64,000 nt of DNA from Microbacteriaceae bacterium. Its GTDB lineage: Bacteria > Actinomycetota > Actinomycetes > Actinomycetales > Microbacteriaceae. A program made the position numbers and the translations under genes. The DNA lies in the NCBI GenBank assembly GCA_035555435.1, contig DATMGN010000017.1, positions 10,775 through 74,774 on the forward strand, given 5' to 3'. How positions within the stretch are numbered: the stretch's first letter is position 1; each line of letters starts with the position of its first letter. The notes beneath the pieces were generated by a model that was given only the letters and a program-made list of their open reading frames with translations, was not told the DNA's origin and ran no database searches. This document shows positions 1 through 11,686 of this stretch, in pieces.

Positions 1-919
1 CGTTGGCGACGAACGCCTCGTCGACGGGGATGGCGATCGCCGCGTCGTATTCCGCGCGGGTGATGTAACCCTCGTTGAGCATGCCGTTGAGCACGACGCC
101 GTCGCGGCGATCGGCGTTCTCGGCGAACCGCTCGGCGGTGCCCTCCGGGTCCTCCGCGTCGAAGTACAGGTTGCGCGCGTTGGGGTACTGGACGATCGCG
201 ACGAGCGCGGCGGCCTGCGCGAGGTTCAGTTGAGAGGCGTGGATCCCGAAGTAGCGCTGCGCCGCCGCCTCGATGCCGTACGTCTGCGCGCCGAAGTACG
301 CGATGTTGAGATACGCGGTGATGATCTCCTTCTTCGTATACTTCTTCTCGAGGCCGACCGCGATCTTCATCTCCTTGATCTTGCGGTCGAAGCTCGTCGC
401 GGTCGCCTCCGCGTAGGCGGCACGGCGTTCTTCCTCGGTCGGGAGGTTGTACGCCTCCTGGATGAAGGTCTGCTTGACGAGCTGCATCGTCAGCGTCGAC
501 GCGCCCGACTCGATGCCGCCCGAGCTCACATTGCCGAGCGCCGCGCGAATGACGCCGGGGATGTCGATGCCGCCGTGCTCGTAGAAGCGCCGGTCTTCGG
601 CGGCGATGAGCGCGTCGATGACGTAGGGCGAGATCTGCGTGTAGGGGACCTCTTCGCGGTTCTGGTCGAAGACGGTCGCGACCTCGACCCAGCCGCCGTC
701 GCCGTGCGCCATGATGACGTTGCGCTGGGGGAGGTCGTCGAGCTCGAAGTAGTCGGGGATGGAGTCGAAGACGCCGATCGCGCTCGAGGCGGCGATCCCG
801 GTGAGGGCGACGGCGGGCGCCACCGTGACGGTCACGAGCACGCCAGCGACGGTGCCGAGCCCCACGAGGCCGAGGAGCCCGGTGAGCCAGTTGCGGCGCG
901 GAGCTTCCTGGGCAGACAT
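1..919 (-). CDS. class A penicillin-binding protein, N-terminal TM anchor plus GT51 transglycosylase part (runs off left edge)
   Basis: Own minus-strand translation from ATG (comp. 917-919): MSAQEAPRRNWLTGLLGLVGLGTVAGVLV... EDRRFYEHGGID ... GASTLTMQLVKQ ... RKIKEMKIAVGLEKKYTKKEIITAYLNIAYFG. Absent from the ORF track because there is no stop inside the window. Confidence 0.85.
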   Translation of the reverse strand, partial: MSAQEAPRRNWLTGLLGLVGLGTVAGVLVTVTVAPAVALTGIAASSAIGVFDSIPDYFELDDLPQRNVIMAHGDGGWVEVATVFDQNREEVPYTQISPYVIDALIAAEDRRFYEHGGIDIPGVIRAALGNVSSGGIESGASTLTMQLVKQTFIQEAYNLPTEEERRAAYAEATATSFDRKIKEMKIAVGLEKKYTKKEIITAYLNIAYFGAQTYGIEAAAQRYFGIHASQLNLAQAAALVAIVQYPNARNLYFDAEDPEGTAERFAENADRRDGVVLNGMLNEGYITRAEYDAAIAIPVDEAFVAN

Positions 920-972
920 AGACTCAAGGGTACGGGATGCGCCTTCGCGCCTAGCTGAACGGATGCCGCGAA

Positions 973-1131
973 ATGACTGTCTGGGAATACACCGTCACCC
1001 CGCTCCTCCTCCACCAGGAGGCGAAGATCCTCAACAACTGGGGCGCGGACGGATGGGAGCTCGTCTCGATCCAGCAGGGACCGCAGGGCGGGCTCATCGC
1101 GTTCCTGAAGCGCCCCGGCGCGACCGGCTGA
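973..1131 (+). CDS. DUF4177-like small protein (52 aa)
   Basis: Below track cutoff. MTVWEYTVTPLLLHQEAKILNNWGADGWELVSIQQGPQGGLIAFLKRPGATG. GC3-rich, GWELV core. Confidence 0.6.
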   Translation: MTVWEYTVTPLLLHQEAKILNNWGADGWELVSIQQGPQGGLIAFLKRPGATG

Positions 1132-1164
1132 TCGTCGACGAAAGAAACTTCTGAGGAGAACGCC

Positions 1165-1626
1165 ATGGGTGCCATCGCTGATCGTCTCGCCGAGTTGGGG
1201 CTCGAGCTTCCGGGGGTGGCCGCGCCGGCCGGGGCCTATGTCCCCGCCGTCGTGACCGGCAACCTCGTCTTCACGGCGGGGCAGTTGCCGTTCGCGGGGG
1301 GCGCGCTCCCGGCGACCGGCAAGGTGGGGGCGGAGGTCACGCCGGAGGCGGCGGCAGACTACGCGCGCACGGCCGCGCTCAACGCGCTCGCGGCGGCGGG
1401 GAACGCGATCGGCTCGCTCGACCGCGTCACCCGGGTCGTGAAGACGGTCGTCTTCGTCGCCTCGGCGCCCGACTTCAGCGGGCAGCCGGCGGTCGCAAAC
1501 GGCGCCTCGGGGCTGCTCGTCGACGTCTTCGGGGAGCCGGGCAAGCACGCCCGCTCCGCGGTGGGGGTCGCGGTGCTGCCGTTCGACGCGCCGGTGGAGG
1601 TCGAGCTGATCCTCGAGTTCGCGTGA
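1165..1626 (+). CDS. RidA/YjgF family protein
   Basis: 153 aa. ...GNLVFTAGQLPF... and C-terminal ARSAVGVAVLPFDAPVEVELILEF are typical of the RidA fold. Confidence 0.8.
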   Translation: MGAIADRLAELGLELPGVAAPAGAYVPAVVTGNLVFTAGQLPFAGGALPATGKVGAEVTPEAAADYARTAALNALAAAGNAIGSLDRVTRVVKTVVFVASAPDFSGQPAVANGASGLLVDVFGEPGKHARSAVGVAVLPFDAPVEVELILEFA

Positions 1627-1648
1627 GCCGCCGCCGCTCTCCGACTCG

Positions 1649-3214
1649 ATGGGCCCGCTCACGGACCCGCAGGCCCTCATGAAGCGGCCCCCTGAGCGAG
1701 CCGAAGGCGAGTCGAAGGGGCGCCTACGCCAGGACAGCCGCCTCGTCGAGCCGGGCGACGTGTTCGTCGCGCTTGACGGCGTCGTCCCCGCCCGCGGTGC
1801 CTGGGTCGCCGACGCGCTGGCGCGCGGCGCCGCGCAGGCCTGGGTCGACGCCGACCTCGCCGACGTCCCGCAGGACCCGCGGGTCATCGCGTTCTCCCCG
1901 CTCGTCGACGCCGTCGGGCAACTCGCGTCCGATTGGTACGGCCGCCCGTCGGAGCAGCTCACCGTCTTCGGCGTCACGGGCACGAACGGCAAGACGTCGA
2001 CGGTGCAGCTGCTCGCGCAGGCGTGGGAGATGCTCGGGCGTCGCGCGGCGACGATCGGCACGCTCGGCGCGGCGATGCACGGCGACGAGCTGACGCTGAA
2101 CGGCTACACGACGCCGCCCGTCACGCGCCTGCACGAGCTGCTCGCGGAGTTCCGCGAGCGCGGCGCGACGCACATCGCCCTCGAGGTGTCCTCGCACGCG
2201 CTCGAGGAGCAACGCGCCGACGGCGTCGCCTTCGACGCGGTGCACTACGCGAATCTGACGCGCGACCACCTCGACTACCACGGCTCAATGACGCACTACG
2301 CCGCCCAGAAGGCGAAGATCTACGCCCTCAATGTGCACGTTCCCACCCAGGGTGCGCCCAACGACGCGCACACTGGGGGCAAACGTGCACCTTGGCGGGG
2401 GGTGCCGCTCGCGGTGGGCAATCTCGACGACGAGACGGTGCGCGGCGAGTGGGGCGCGCTGGCGGACGGGCGCGAGCGGATCGGGTTGAGCTCGCGCGGC
2501 GCACCGGGTGCCGAGATCCGCGCGGAGCGGCTGCGCTTCGAGATCGCCGGCACGACCTTCGACCTCGTCGACGACGGCCCGGGCGGCGGGAGCGTGACCG
2601 TCACGTCGCCGCTCATCGGGCGGTTCAACGTCGACAACCTCCTCGCGGTCGTCGCGGTGCTGCGCCGCATCGACGGCATCCCGCTCGCGGACGTCGCCGC
2701 GATCATCCCGCGGCTGCGCGCCCCCAACGGTCGCATGTGGCGGATCCGCCCCGACGAGTCGCTGCCGACCGTCATCGTCGACGCGGGCCACACGCCGGAC
2801 GCGATGCGCCAGGCGGTGACGGCGCTCGGCGAGTACGGCTTCGAGCGGATCATCACGGTGTTCGGCGCGACCGGCGACCGCGACCCCGGCAAGCGGCCCG
2901 AGATGGCCCGGGCGATTGAGGACGGCTCCGACGTCGTCGTCGTGACGGATGACGACGTGCACGATGAGGACGGCGACCAGATCGTCGCGCAACTGCTCGA
3001 GGCGATGCGCAACCCCGCGGCCGCGACGGTGATCCGGGACCGGACCTCGGCCGTCGAGCACGCGATCCGGCTCGCGACGCCCGCCGATGTCGTGCTGCTC
3101 GCCGGCAAGGGGCACGAACCGATGCAGATCGTCGCGAACCACGTCGAGGTCCCGTACTCGGACATCGAGACGGCGGAGCGGGTGCTCGCGCGGCTGCTGG
3201 CCGAGCGAGGCTGA
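1649..3214 (+). CDS. Mur ligase family protein (MurE-like UDP-MurNAc-tripeptide synthetase paralogue)
   Basis: 521 aa. DSRLVEPGDVFVAL N-domain, P-loop GVTGTNGKTST, DNLLAVVAV and LLAGKGHE C-terminal motifs. Confidence 0.8.
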   Translation: MGPLTDPQALMKRPPERAEGESKGRLRQDSRLVEPGDVFVALDGVVPARGAWVADALARGAAQAWVDADLADVPQDPRVIAFSPLVDAVGQLASDWYGRPSEQLTVFGVTGTNGKTSTVQLLAQAWEMLGRRAATIGTLGAAMHGDELTLNGYTTPPVTRLHELLAEFRERGATHIALEVSSHALEEQRADGVAFDAVHYANLTRDHLDYHGSMTHYAAQKAKIYALNVHVPTQGAPNDAHTGGKRAPWRGVPLAVGNLDDETVRGEWGALADGRERIGLSSRGAPGAEIRAERLRFEIAGTTFDLVDDGPGGGSVTVTSPLIGRFNVDNLLAVVAVLRRIDGIPLADVAAIIPRLRAPNGRMWRIRPDESLPTVIVDAGHTPDAMRQAVTALGEYGFERIITVFGATGDRDPGKRPEMARAIEDGSDVVVVTDDDVHDEDGDQIVAQLLEAMRNPAAATVIRDRTSAVEHAIRLATPADVVLLAGKGHEPMQIVANHVEVPYSDIETAERVLARLLAERG

Positions 3215-3409
3215 CGGCGTCCTGTGCTCGGGTCGCTCGGCGGGGGAGCCCTGACCCGCGCGCCGACGAAGGACTTCGCGCGGGGCTAGGAGTATTCGCG
3301 CCGGATCGGTCCTACGGCCGCCGGAACTCCTACTCTCACGCACCGCACCGCACCGCGCCGCACCGCAGCGCACGCACCGCGCGCACCGCGCCGCCGCAGC
3401 GGGGGGTTG

Positions 3410-3952
3410 TCAGAGCGGGATCTCGTAGTGGATGAAGCCCGAGCGTTCGGCGACCCGGTCGTAGAGCCGGCGGGCGGTGTCGTTCGTCTCGGCGGTGAGC
3501 CAGTAGACCTTCGCCGAGCCATGCTCGGCCGCCCACGCGCGCACATGCTCGATGAGCGCCGCGCCCGCCCCGGCCCCGCGCGCGTCGGGCACGACGTAGA
3601 GGTCCTCGAGGTAGCAGTAGTCGGCGCGGGTCCACGTCGCGAGGTGCGTGAGCCAGTGGACCAGCCCGATCGCGCGCCCGTGGCCGTCTCGGGCGATCGC
3701 CCCGCGGAGGCGTGCTCGCGCATCCGCCGCGGCAACGTCGCTGCCCGAGGCCTCGCCGTGGTTGCCGACCACGGCACCCTCGGTCGCGTTCTGCCTCGCC
3801 TGGTCGGTCGCCGACTCCGGCGCGGTCAGGCGCGCGAACGTCGCCTCGGTCGTCGCGTCGTCGAGATCGCTCGCATAGAACGCGAGGTACGCGCCCCACA
3901 GCGCCGCCCACTCCTCGCGGTCCTCAGGGCGGATCGGCGTGATCTCGACCAT
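3410..3952 (-). CDS. GNAT family N-acetyltransferase
   Basis: 180 aa. Acetyl-CoA binding-type segment VVPDARGAGAGAALIEHVRAWAAEHG. Confidence 0.75.
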   Translation of the reverse strand: MVEITPIRPEDREEWAALWGAYLAFYASDLDDATTEATFARLTAPESATDQARQNATEGAVVGNHGEASGSDVAAADARARLRGAIARDGHGRAIGLVHWLTHLATWTRADYCYLEDLYVVPDARGAGAGAALIEHVRAWAAEHGSAKVYWLTAETNDTARRLYDRVAERSGFIHYEIPL

Positions 3953-3976
3953 CGGCCCAGCGTACGCGCGGCGAAA

Positions 3977-6010
<2,034 letters not shown>

Positions 6011-6301
6011 CGGCTCATCCTAAGGCGGCGGGGTGCGACGCTCCGAGCCCCGCAGGCCCGATGGCCGTAGTTTCGCGGGGCGCTCGGGGCGCGCGGATGC
6101 GGGCCGTATGTCAAGCGGGCGTTCAGGAAACCACCTGGTCGCACTCGGGGAGCGGGCGTACCATCTGTGGTACCGGTTCCCCCGGGATCGCGGTCGGGCG
6201 TCCCCCGCACCGACCGCGCAGGCGCCGCCTCCGACATCCCCCCTTGGAGGCGGCGCCCCTCTGTCTGCACTTCGCCATACGCTGGGGGCGGAGGTGGTCG
6301 T

Positions 6302-6751
6302 ATGCCGCTCGAGGGTGAGTACGGTCCGGGTACGTCGGGTTGGGCTCGCGCCCAGGCCGAGGCGTATGAGGCGTCCGGTGGCCGGGAGGCGGGGACGCTG
6401 CGCGACACGGGGATGTCGATCATCGTGCTGACGACGCTCGGCGCGAAGTCGGGGCTGCTCCGAAAGACGGCGCTAATGCGGGTGACCGATGGCGTGCGCT
6501 ACGCGGTGGTGGCGTCGCGCGGTGGCGCGCCGGAGCACCCGCAGTGGTACTGGAACATGCTCGCGAATCCGCTCGTGGAGCTCCAGGACGGCGAGGTCAA
6601 GCGCGACTATCGAGCCCGCGAGCTCGAGGGCGCGGAGCGTGATGATTGGTGGGCGCGCTCGGTCGATGCCTACCCGCCCTATGCGGAGTATCAGGCGCTG
6701 ACCTCGCGGACGATCCCGGTGTTGCTGCTGGAGCCGGTCGACGCGGTGTAG
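6302..6751 (+). CDS. DUF385 / deazaflavin-dependent nitroreductase family protein
   Basis: Track ORF 6167-6751, internal ATG 6302 preferred. ...[19 protein letters not shown]...[22 protein letters not shown]... is the family signature. Confidence 0.7.
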   Translation: MPLEGEYGPGTSGWARAQAEAYEASGGREAGTLRDTGMSIIVLTTLGAKSGLLRKTALMRVTDGVRYAVVASRGGAPEHPQWYWNMLANPLVELQDGEVKRDYRARELEGAERDDWWARSVDAYPPYAEYQALTSRTIPVLLLEPVDAV

Positions 6752-6856
6752 TCGCGCGCTCCCGCGGCTTGTCCACAGGGCGCGTCCGGGGCGAGTTGTT
6801 CATGGTCGGGGATCCTGGCAGAACGCCATGTCCGGCCACGCGCGTAGCGTGCCGGC

Positions 6857-7861
6857 ATGGCCGAGATCGTCCCGTTCCTGCCCCGTGAGCGTCGCCCCGG
6901 GGACGAGGCCCCGGTGCGGCGTCGCCCCGGTGCGGCGGACTTCGGCATGCTCGCGCCGCTCGTCGCGGACCCGCGGGTGACCGACGTCTTCGTCAACGGC
7001 GGCGGGGTGTGGGCGGACCGCGGCTCGGGCGCGCAGCGCCAGCCCGCGCTTGAACTCGACGTCGATGCGGCGCGGGCGCTCGCGGTGCGGCTCATCGGAC
7101 TGGCCGGGCGGCACGTCGACGAGAGCTCGCCCTGCGTGGACGCCCGCCTCGGCGACGGAGTCCGGGTGCATGTCGTGCTGCCGCCCGTCGCCGCGGCGGG
7201 CCCGTTCGTCTCGATCCGACTGCCCGCTGTCGAGCCGTGGAGCCTCGACTCGCTCGCCTCGACGGGCTTCCTCCCGGGTCGGATGGGCGCTCGCATCGCG
7301 GGGCTCGTCGCGCAGCGGCGGAACGTCCTGATCAGCGGCGCCGCCGGCTCCGGCAAGACGACGCTGCTGTCGGCGATGCTCGGCGTCGCGCCGCCCGCCG
7401 ACCGGATCATCGTGATCGAGGACGTCGGGGAGATCCGGGTCGCCCATCCGCACGTTGTGTCGCTCCAGGCGCGCCAGGCGAACCTCGAGGGCGCGGGCGA
7501 GATCGGGCTCGCGCGGCTCGTGCGCGAGGCGCTGCGTATGCGACCCGATCGGCTCGTGCTCGGCGAGTGCCGCGGGGAGGAGATCCGCGAGCTCCTCACC
7601 GCGCTCAACACCGGGCACGACGGCGGGGCCGGCACCATTCACGCGAACTCGCTCGGCGACGTGGCGGCCCGGCTCGAGGCGCTCGGCGCGCTCGCGGGCC
7701 TGAGCCCCGAGGCGGTCGGCCGACTCACGGCGAGTGCGCTGCACGCGGTCGTGCACGTCGAGCGGGGGCCTGGCGGTCGACGGGTTGCGGCGATCGGGTG
7801 CCCAGCGCTCGATGCGTCCGGGCGGCTCGTGATCGAGACGAGCTCGGCGGTGGGCCCGTGA
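6857..7861 (+). CDS. tadA: TadA/CpaF-type secretion ATPase
   Basis: 334 aa. Walker A GAAGSGKTTLLSAML, Walker B RIIVIED, LVLGECRGEE, GHDGGAGTIHAN. Confidence 0.85.
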   Translation: MAEIVPFLPRERRPGDEAPVRRRPGAADFGMLAPLVADPRVTDVFVNGGGVWADRGSGAQRQPALELDVDAARALAVRLIGLAGRHVDESSPCVDARLGDGVRVHVVLPPVAAAGPFVSIRLPAVEPWSLDSLASTGFLPGRMGARIAGLVAQRRNVLISGAAGSGKTTLLSAMLGVAPPADRIIVIEDVGEIRVAHPHVVSLQARQANLEGAGEIGLARLVREALRMRPDRLVLGECRGEEIRELLTALNTGHDGGAGTIHANSLGDVAARLEALGALAGLSPEAVGRLTASALHAVVHVERGPGGRRVAAIGCPALDASGRLVIETSSAVGP

Positions 7862-8856
7862 GGGTCATCCGTGCCTGGCGCGCGGCGGGACGCCGGGCAT
7901 CGTCGACGGATCTTGCCGAGATCGCCGCGCTCGTCCACCGGCTCGCCGTGCTGCTGAGCGCCGGCGTCGCCCCTGCGGCCGCGTGGCGCCACGCGGCGCC
8001 GGGACCGCTCGCGCCGATGGCTTCGCGGGTCGTCGACGCGGCGGCACGGGACGGTCCGGGGGTGATCCCTGACGCGGTGGCGGGGCTGGCCCGTGGCGAT
8101 CCCGGTGATGCGGTGCCGACGTCATCCGGTGCTGCACAGCTCCGGTCGAGCGCCGTGGCCCATGCGTGGACGGGGCTTGCGGCGACCTGGTGGGTCTCGG
8201 CCGCGGCCGGCGCGCCGCTCGCGCCGACGCTGCGGGTGTACGCGGAACTGCTCCGCGGCTTCGCCGCCGCGGAACGCGATCGGCGGATCGCTCTCGCGGG
8301 TCCGCGTGCGACGTCGCGGCTCGTCCTCGTGCTCCCGGCGGTCGCCGTCGCGTTCGGCGCGCTCCTCGGTCAGGACACGCTGGGTGTGCTGTTCGGCACA
8401 CCGATCGGCTGGGCGTGCCTCGGCATCGGCTCGGCGCTCGGGATCGCGGGTTGGGGGTGGACGCGCGCCCTGGTGCGTCGTGCCACCGGGGCGGAACCGT
8501 CGCCCGGGCTCGGCGAGGAGCTGACCGCCGTCGCGATGAGCGGGGGCGTGTCGGTGCCGCGTGCGCGAGAGCTCGTCGGCATCGCGTTCTCCCGGTATCG
8601 GCTCGCGGGTGACCGGACGCGTGCGGACTCGGCCCTCGCCCTCGCCGCGGCGGCCGGCGCGCCCGCCGGGGAGCTGCTGCGCGCCGAGGCGGAGGAGTGC
8701 CGCCGGACGACGATCGCGGATGCGAAGGAGCGGGCGGAGCGGCTCTCGGTGACGCTCATGCTCCCGCTCGGCGTGTGCGTGCTGCCCGCGTTCGTCGTGG
8801 TCGGGGTGCTCCCGCTCATGGTCGCCGTGGTCGGGTCGACGCTTGAAGTTGTATGA
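7858..8856 (+). CDS. type II secretion system F family membrane protein (TadB-like and TadC-like halves in one ORF)
   Basis: GTG 7858 overlaps the tadA stop (GTGA). One frame stays open for 332 codons. N half LAVLLSAGVAPAAAW...LVLVLPAVAVAFGALLG. C half LTAVAMSGGVSVPRA...LMLPLGVCVLPAFVVVGVLPLMV. Confidence 0.7.
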   Translation: MRVIRAWRAAGRRASSTDLAEIAALVHRLAVLLSAGVAPAAAWRHAAPGPLAPMASRVVDAAARDGPGVIPDAVAGLARGDPGDAVPTSSGAAQLRSSAVAHAWTGLAATWWVSAAAGAPLAPTLRVYAELLRGFAAAERDRRIALAGPRATSRLVLVLPAVAVAFGALLGQDTLGVLFGTPIGWACLGIGSALGIAGWGWTRALVRRATGAEPSPGLGEELTAVAMSGGVSVPRARELVGIAFSRYRLAGDRTRADSALALAAAAGAPAGELLRAEAEECRRTTIADAKERAERLSVTLMLPLGVCVLPAFVVVGVLPLMVAVVGSTLEVV

Positions 8857-8891
8857 CGATCATCTAGCCTGGGGGTCTACTCAATGACGAG

Positions 8892-10487
8892 ATGAGGGAT
8901 CTGCCGATGGTCGACGCCGCACCGTTCACCCTGCCGCCCGAGGCCCTCGCGAGGTTCCGCGAGATCCTGCCCGCCGACGCCGTGCATGTCGACGAGGCGG
9001 ACCGCGATGAGCTCCGCGACCCCTACTGGTATCAGGAGGATCGCTCCTACGACTCCTCGGCGGTGCTCTACCCGACTCAGGTCGAGGAGATCCAGGCGAT
9101 CGTGCGGGTGGCGAACGAGTTCGGGGTGCCGATCTGGACGAGCTCGCAGGGTCGCAACAACGGCTACGGCGGCCCGTCGCCGCGCGTCAAGGGCTCGGTG
9201 CTCATCTCGCTGCGGCGCATGAACCGCGTCCTGGAGATCAACCGCGAGCTCGCCTACGCGGTCGTCGAGCCGGGCGTGCGCTGGATGGACCTCGCCGAGG
9301 CGCTCGTCGAGGCGGGTGCCGACGACCTGCTGCTGTCGACTCCCGACGTCGGCTGGGGCAGCATCGTCGGCAACTCGATGGACAACGGCGTCTCCTATCT
9401 GCCCAACGGTGCCGACTTCATGGCGCCGACCGGGCTCGAGGTCGTGCTGCCCGACGGCGAACTGCTGCGCACCGGCCTCGGGGCCGCGCCCGGCAACAAG
9501 TCCTGGCACCTCTATAAGCGCGGGCTAGGCCCGACACTCGACCCGTTCTTCGCGCAGTCGAACTTCGGCATCGTGACCCGCATGGGCGTGTGGCTCATGC
9601 GCAAGCCCGAGGCGATGGCCTCGCTGCAGCTGTCGATCCCGCGCAATGATCAGCTCGGTCAGGCGATCGACATCATCCGCGAACTGCGGATGAGCGGTGC
9701 GATCCGCGGCGTGCCCGGCGTCTACTCCTTCCCCGTCATGGCGTGGCAGGTGCCGGAGCTCGGGGAATACATGGGCGGCAAGGGCGCCCTCCCGGAGGAG
9801 GAGTTGCAGCGGCTCGCAGAGGAGTCGGGGCTCGGCCGTTGGAGCGTCGGTGTCGGCGTCTGGGGCGACGCACCCGTCGTCGAGCACCATGTGAACCGCA
9901 TCAAGGAGCGGTGGGCGGAGATCGAGGGGTCGCGCGTCAGCCATGAGGGCCGCTACACCCGCGAGGAGTGGGGCCCGTTCGACGTGTTCCGCGACAAGAT
10001 CAACGGCGGCCACCCGACGCTGGAGATGCTCGACCTGGTCCCGGACGGTATCGGCCACCTCGCGTTCTCCCCGGTCATCCCGCTCGTCGGCGAGGAGATC
10101 GAGAAGTTCGAGCGGCTCATCAGCGCGTACATGCTCGAGCACATGGACGCGAACCTCTCCGCCGGCATGACGATCATCAACGACCGGTCGCTCATCATCG
10201 TCGTCAACCTCGACCTCGTGCTCGACGACGAGGAGCAGGTGAAGAACGCGTACAAGACGATCAAGCACATGGTCGAGCACTTCGGCAAGCTCGGTTACAC
10301 GGAGTACCGGGCGCACCTGGAGATCATGGACATCGCCTCGGCGCAGTACTCGTTCAACGATCACGCGTATCGCCGTTTCGTCGAGACGATCAAGGACGCG
10401 GTCGATCCGAACGGCGTCATCGCGCCGGGTCGGCACGGCATCTGGCCCGCTCGCTACCGGGGCGGACTGCCTCCGGGCAAGCGCTGA
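8892..10487 (+). CDS. FAD-binding oxidoreductase, vanillyl-alcohol oxidase / p-cresol methylhydroxylase (VAO) family
   Basis: 531 aa. FAD_binding_4-type N-domain (VLYPTQVEEIQAIVRVANEFGVPIWTSSQGRNNGYGG) and VAO-type C-terminal cap. Confidence 0.75.
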   Translation: MRDLPMVDAAPFTLPPEALARFREILPADAVHVDEADRDELRDPYWYQEDRSYDSSAVLYPTQVEEIQAIVRVANEFGVPIWTSSQGRNNGYGGPSPRVKGSVLISLRRMNRVLEINRELAYAVVEPGVRWMDLAEALVEAGADDLLLSTPDVGWGSIVGNSMDNGVSYLPNGADFMAPTGLEVVLPDGELLRTGLGAAPGNKSWHLYKRGLGPTLDPFFAQSNFGIVTRMGVWLMRKPEAMASLQLSIPRNDQLGQAIDIIRELRMSGAIRGVPGVYSFPVMAWQVPELGEYMGGKGALPEEELQRLAEESGLGRWSVGVGVWGDAPVVEHHVNRIKERWAEIEGSRVSHEGRYTREEWGPFDVFRDKINGGHPTLEMLDLVPDGIGHLAFSPVIPLVGEEIEKFERLISAYMLEHMDANLSAGMTIINDRSLIIVVNLDLVLDDEEQVKNAYKTIKHMVEHFGKLGYTEYRAHLEIMDIASAQYSFNDHAYRRFVETIKDAVDPNGVIAPGRHGIWPARYRGGLPPGKR

Positions 10488-10543
10488 GTCCGGTCCGGCC
10501 GTACTGAGTCCCGGCCGGCCGTGCTGAGTCCCGGCCGGTGTCG
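10484..10543. repeat. three tandem ~20-bp units (CTGAGTCC(C)GGNCCGGCCGTR)
   Basis: CTGAGTC recurs at 10484, 10504 and 10524. The first unit contains the oxidase stop codon. Confidence 0.8.
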
Positions 10544-10758
10544 CCGACGCCGGTCCGGGCCAACGCCTCACAGCCCGGCGATCGGGCGACTCGTCCCCAT
10601 TCGCCCCTGACGGCCGCCCGCGGGGCGGCGCGGCCTGCGAGACTCGACCCGCTCGTGCCAGGAGCGAAAGCGAGGACCGAGCCATGCACAGTCTCACCCG
10701 CCAGCGACCCGGCAGGGCACGCGGCCTCATCCTGCGGGGCTGGCTGCCCCGACCGGCC

Positions 10759-10959
10759 GTGACGCCGGGATTCAGAACGCCGGGCACGAGCCTGACGAGG
10801 GCCCTTTACGACGATACGGGGGCGACGACCGCGGAGTTCGCGATCGTCACGATGGCCGCGGTGGGCTTCGCTGGGCTGCTCGTCGTCATCCTGCGATCAG
10901 ACGGCGTGCGGGCGACGCTCGAGGGGCTCGTCGCGCGAGCGCTCGGCTCGGCGGGGTGA
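10759..10959 (+). CDS. DUF4244 (Flp-pilin-like) small membrane protein
   Basis: ...GATTAEFAIVTMAAVGFAGLLVVIL... Position before the TadE genes as in Rv3656c-type loci. Start uncertain (GTG 10759 or ATG 10684). Confidence 0.6.
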   Translation: MTPGFRTPGTSLTRALYDDTGATTAEFAIVTMAAVGFAGLLVVILRSDGVRATLEGLVARALGSAG

Positions 10960-11333
10960 GCCCTGCCGGTCGGCGTCGCACGGGGGCAGGCTCGGATCGC
11001 GGCAGCGCGACCGCGGAGCTCGCGGTCGCGCTGCCGGCGGTCGTGCTCGTGCTCGCCGCCTGCGTGGGCGCGCTGCAGCTCGCCGCGGTGCAGGTGCGGC
11101 TCCAGGACGCGGCGGCACTCGCCGCGCGCGCTGCGGCGCGGGGCGACCCCGTGCCCGGGGCGGCCGCTGGGATGGGCGCGCCGGGGTCGGAGACCGCAGA
11201 CACTGCGGCGTCGATCACTGTCTGGCGAGACGGCGCGATGCTGTGCGCGTCCGCGAGCACGTCCGCGCGCTGGGGTCCTGGCCTGCCGCCGATCGAACTC
11301 GCGGCGACGTCGTGTTCGGTCGCAGACAGGTGA
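10956..11333 (+). CDS. TadE family pilus assembly protein
   Basis: 125 aa. N-terminal RGSATAELAVALPAVVLVLAACVGALQ hydrophobic TadE signature. Confidence 0.7.
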   Translation: MSPAGRRRTGAGSDRGSATAELAVALPAVVLVLAACVGALQLAAVQVRLQDAAALAARAAARGDPVPGAAAGMGAPGSETADTAASITVWRDGAMLCASASTSARWGPGLPPIELAATSCSVADR

Positions 11334-11686
11334 GCGCCCGGGCTTGCGATCCCGAGCGGGGCGCCGGCACGGTGCTCGCGATCGGGCTCGTCGCCGCGAC
11401 GATCGGCCTCGCGCTCCTCGTGGCGCCGAGCGCCGCGGCCGCCGTCGCCCGGCATCGCGTCGCGGCGGCTGCGGATGCGGCAGCGATCGCGGCCGCCGCT
11501 GTCGTCGCCGGCTTCGACACCGGCCTCGGCGACGACCCGTGCGCGGTGGCGGCCCTGGTCGGCGCTCGCCACGGCGCCGACATAGTCGCGTGCGAGATCG
11601 ATGGGCTGACGGCGACCGTCAGGGCGCAGTTCTCGACGGCCGCTGGCGTCGTCCGAGCCGACGCGACCGCGGGCGTCGCGAGGTAG
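11330..11686 (+). CDS. Rv3654c-type TadE-like protein
   Basis: GTG 11330 overlaps the upstream stop (GTGA). ERGAGTVLAIGLVAATIGLALLV...AADAAAIAAA...CA...GA..V.C. Confidence 0.65.
   Translation: MSARACDPERGAGTVLAIGLVAATIGLALLVAPSAAAAVARHRVAAAADAAAIAAAAVVAGFDTGLGDDPCAVAALVGARHGADIVACEIDGLTATVRAQFSTAAGVVRADATAGVAR

Noticed and set aside
832-2061. 409-aa minus-strand ORF overlapping the DUF4177, RidA and Mur-ligase genes
   Set aside because: Arg/Ser/Pro/Ala-rich nonsense translation antisense to genes with clear motifs. This is a typical high-GC shadow ORF.
7237-8856. 539-aa version of the TadB/C ORF
   Set aside because: The upstream 207 codons overlap tadA in another frame and are Arg-rich junk. 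GTG 7858 overlaps the tadA stop.
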